This document shows positions 60,998 through 64,000 of a DNA stretch of 64,000 nt, one piece after another (position 1 is the first letter of the stretch; each line of letters begins with the position of its first letter). Both the position numbers and the translations under genes were made by a program. This stretch comes from Eledone cirrhosa (lineage: Eukaryota). The notes below the pieces were generated by a model, which saw nothing but the letters and a program-made list of their open reading frames with translations, ran no database searches and was not told the DNA's origin. The DNA is taken from NCBI GenBank assembly GCA_964016885.1, contig OZ024742.1, positions 142,910,001 to 142,974,000 of the forward strand, read 5' to 3'.

Positions 60998-62195
60998 CTG
61001 TCAATTAAAAGAAACATTATATTGAGGGATCCTGGTACAATGCAATCACATGAAAACAAAGAAAGCATGATATCATTGAGAGTGGCATGTTGAAAGAAAC
61101 AATTGGTACTAAGGTGGCATAACTGGTGGACTCCAAAAAGGTTTAAAACTTGCAATGTCATTTGTGCTGTTCACAGATTGAGAGATAAAGCTTGAGTGAA
61201 ATGCCAATTCAGATACAATAATTATTCAGCTGCGCACCAGTTATTAGATACATGTTGAGAAGCTAGTATATTTTAATCAATGATGAACTTTCTAGTTATA
61301 TTACATTGTAGATCGATCAAACTGATCGACAAGATCCCACATCTCATTTGCTTACTGAGTGGGGTGGAACTTGTCAAATTGGACCAAGGAAGCAACATTT
61401 CCATTGGTTTTTCCATTGCTGATGCTATCTACCAGTCAATTCCTGGCAGAATGAGCAATGGGAAATAAAGTGTCTTGCTCAAGGTCATAATATATCACCC
61501 GATCTGGGGATCAAACTTGCAACCTCACAATTGCAAATCTAATTCTCTAACCACTAAGCTACGCACCTTCACATTCCATTCTGGACTCATATTATAATGT
61601 GGATTAACCAAAGGATCTATCTTGTTCTAATTTAACTAAAATATAATGGCTTTGTTTTCCTCATCACCTCATTTAATGTCTCTTTTCTCTGCTATCGATG
61701 TACTTTATAATTTTTCTTTCAAACACTTCTTACCAATCTGTCTTTTTAGTAGTGTGGAACAAAGTTAAATATATTTTGTTGAAATTTTATAGTGATTTAA
61801 GTGTCTGTTTGTCTCCTGACATATTGTACTTAAAAATACTCTAATAGTTCTGACCATCCTTGTATCACTGTAAGAAATCATTATGAGTCTTATTAGTTTG
61901 TAGTTATAGATAAAATCTTATTGAAATGTTACACCATCAGCCATTCCCTTTGAGACGTACACAAAGTAGTGCTTGTAGTTGGGTATATGGCCCTTTATGT
62001 TCTGAGTTCAAATACCGCCATGGTTAGCTTTGCCCTTCATCCCTACGGGGTTGATAAAAATAAAGTAGCAGTCACGCACAGGAGTCAATTTAATCAACTT
62101 TTCCTCCCCTAAATTGCTGGCCTAGTGCCTAAATCTGAAACCATTATTATTGTTAATGTAGTTAAGTATAATGTTATTATTATAACTTACTTTGA

Positions 62196-62420
62196 GGGCG
62201 GTGGATTGGCAGTATCGGTAGAGTGTCAGACGATATGCTTTGTGGCATAGAGTTACGTCCCTTTACGTTCTGCATTCAAATCCTGCTATGGTTAGCTTTG
62301 CCTTTCATCCTTATGGGGGTCGATAAAATAAAGTACCAGTAATACACTGGGGTCAATTTAATCGACTTTCCCTTCCCCTTGAAATTGCTTGCCTTGTGCC
62401 AAATGTAGAAACAATTATTA
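62196..62420 (+). mobile_element. tRNA-derived SINE (family of 5880-6060), preceded by a partial copy at about 61990-62150
   Basis: GGGCGGTGGATTGGCAGTATCGGTAGA...gcctttcatccttatgggggtcgataaaataaagtaccag; ends a few bases from the ENOSF1 donor at 62427-62428. Confidence 0.85.
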
Positions 62421-62428
62421 TAACTTAC

Positions 62429-62563
62429 TTTACCAATCAGAGCATGCCCTGCAATATCATCAGGACTTGTAGGTTCCTCAATCCACAAAGGTTTATATTC
62501 TGCCAGTTCTTTCATCCAGTCAATTGCCTCTTGTACTTCCCATTTTTGATTGGCATCAACCAT
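62429..62563 (-). CDS. ENOSF1: ENOSF1 (enolase superfamily member 1 / L-fuconate dehydratase) internal exon; upstream exons lie beyond the window
   Basis: tttAG acceptor; [45 protein letters not shown] with metal-ligand motifs DANQ and IEEP; GTAAGT donor; phases are consistent across all five exons. Confidence 0.96.
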
Positions 62564-63574
62564 CTAAATAAATAAGTCAATATTTATAGTGTTCACATTA
62601 ACTCGTAATACTTTCAAATCAAATCATTCATTAACAAATAAATAAATATTTTACAGTATTCAATTTACTTCCTCTATGATCAAATATTGAATTTAACCCA
62701 AGATGATGTTACCTTATTTTTTTTAACCTCCAGGGTCAATAAAATATTACACCATGGTGAACTAAATTGACTATACTCTTCCCCAAATTCTGTACTCTTT
62801 GTGTCAACTTAGAAATTATTGTTTTAAAATGTTTCCTTGTTATCAGACAAAGTGTTGAATGATTTTATTTGTTGTCTTCTATTTTGAGGAAGACTTCTAA
62901 AATGAAGGATCAGGTTAACATGGTAAGAAATAAAACATAATTATGAAGAAAGTTCCAGTGGGGATAGTTATAAGGTAGAAACATTGATAAAAGTGTGAGA
63001 ATTGGGATACAATATTGTAAATAAAGCTGAAAATGGAATAATTAATAATTAAAAGTTTTACTCTAGATCTTAAACATTTCCCCCTTTTTAATTTTTATTT
63101 GAGTTTTAAGTTTTTTCCTTTTCTCTTTTTTATTACTTGTCTCACTAGCTCTTTTTGATTACCAACTGTAAGGAGCACTTGATACTTCCCCTAGTTTGTG
63201 ATGACTTACTAGCTCTATACGGACGTTTAAATTGAATAAATAAATAAATAAATAAACAACTTCTAGGTAGTTTTAAAAGATGGTGAATCGACCGGGATAG
63301 TCATTTGTGAGCTGGTGGTGTTGACAAAAGGCTAGGCAAAACTGCTAGGTAGTTTTGAGGGATGTGGCATTGACCGGGGAAGCCATTACAAGCTGCTGGT
63401 GTCGACAAAAGGCAAAGAGCAACTGCTAGCTAGTTTTGAAAGATGATGCCTCGACTGGGGAAGTGCGAAGCAACTGCTGGGCAGAAGTCGTCTTTTGTAT
63501 TCATGCACCACCAACCCTAAGAGCTGGTGAGGGAAAAAGCATGACCAAATTACTCTACAACGATAAAATAGTGT

Positions 63575-63775
63575 CATTGCTTGCTACACTTCCTTGCTTC
63601 CCGAAATTTACCAATATTCCCTCTCCATAAACACGCACGCATGTATCTGTGTGTATATCCTGACTCATACACTGTTCACTTTCCTGACATTTGTACATTA
63701 TTCTATGTACTATACATGCACCTTTGATGAGTTGTAGTGCACCTGAACATTGTACACAATAATTTTCATTATTTT
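63575..63775 (+). mobile_element. CR1/L2-like LINE 3' tail
   Basis: Matches 34075-34290 (gatgagttgtagtgcacctga.ca.tgtacacaat). Confidence 0.75.
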
Positions 63776-64000
63776 ATTTATCTTTTTTTTTTCTTAAGAA
63801 ATTTAACTCTTCCATTGACTACATAGAGGCTCCTTCATTAGTTATGACTAGATATGATATCTGCTTACAGCTGGGTAAACTAGTCTATTAAACATTTAGT
63901 GGTAATATTAGCTACAGTAATATCCCAGTACAGTGTTAGGTTGTGGTAGTTTAATACTCTATTAACTGGATTATCTATAACAAAATAACTAAAACAAATA

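Noticed and set aside
63275-63490. Degenerate ~70-bp tandem repeats (aactgctag.tagttttga)
   Set aside because: Probably a repeat-element fragment; no function or family could be supported.

Overview
AT-rich, intron-rich animal genomic DNA. The repeat landscape of RTE LINEs, tRNA-derived SINEs and (TA)n tracts is suggestive of a mollusc such as an octopus, which is inference only. Two spliced genes lie on the minus strand. RCHY1/Pirh2 (CHY-RING-H2 E3 ligase) is complete, with 8 coding exons over 7121-48599 and an apparent 1-nt deficit in micro-exon 6. ENOSF1 is represented by its last five coding exons (53946-62563). A probable signal-peptide first exon of a third gene lies at 1583-1664. The introns hold RTE- and CR1-like LINE copies, SINEs, two Helitrons, a DD37D (maT) transposon, MITEs, a ~4.9 kb 41-bp minisatellite and a 200-N gap. 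The most striking structure is missed by the ORF track: two ~1 kb-arm fold-back (palindromic) Penelope-like elements at 21849-25119 and 57806-59830. Each of their four arms carries an identical type I hammerhead ribozyme motif, and the first element encloses an uninterrupted GIY-YIG endonuclease reading frame. All calls were made by eye; no searches or folding programs were run.
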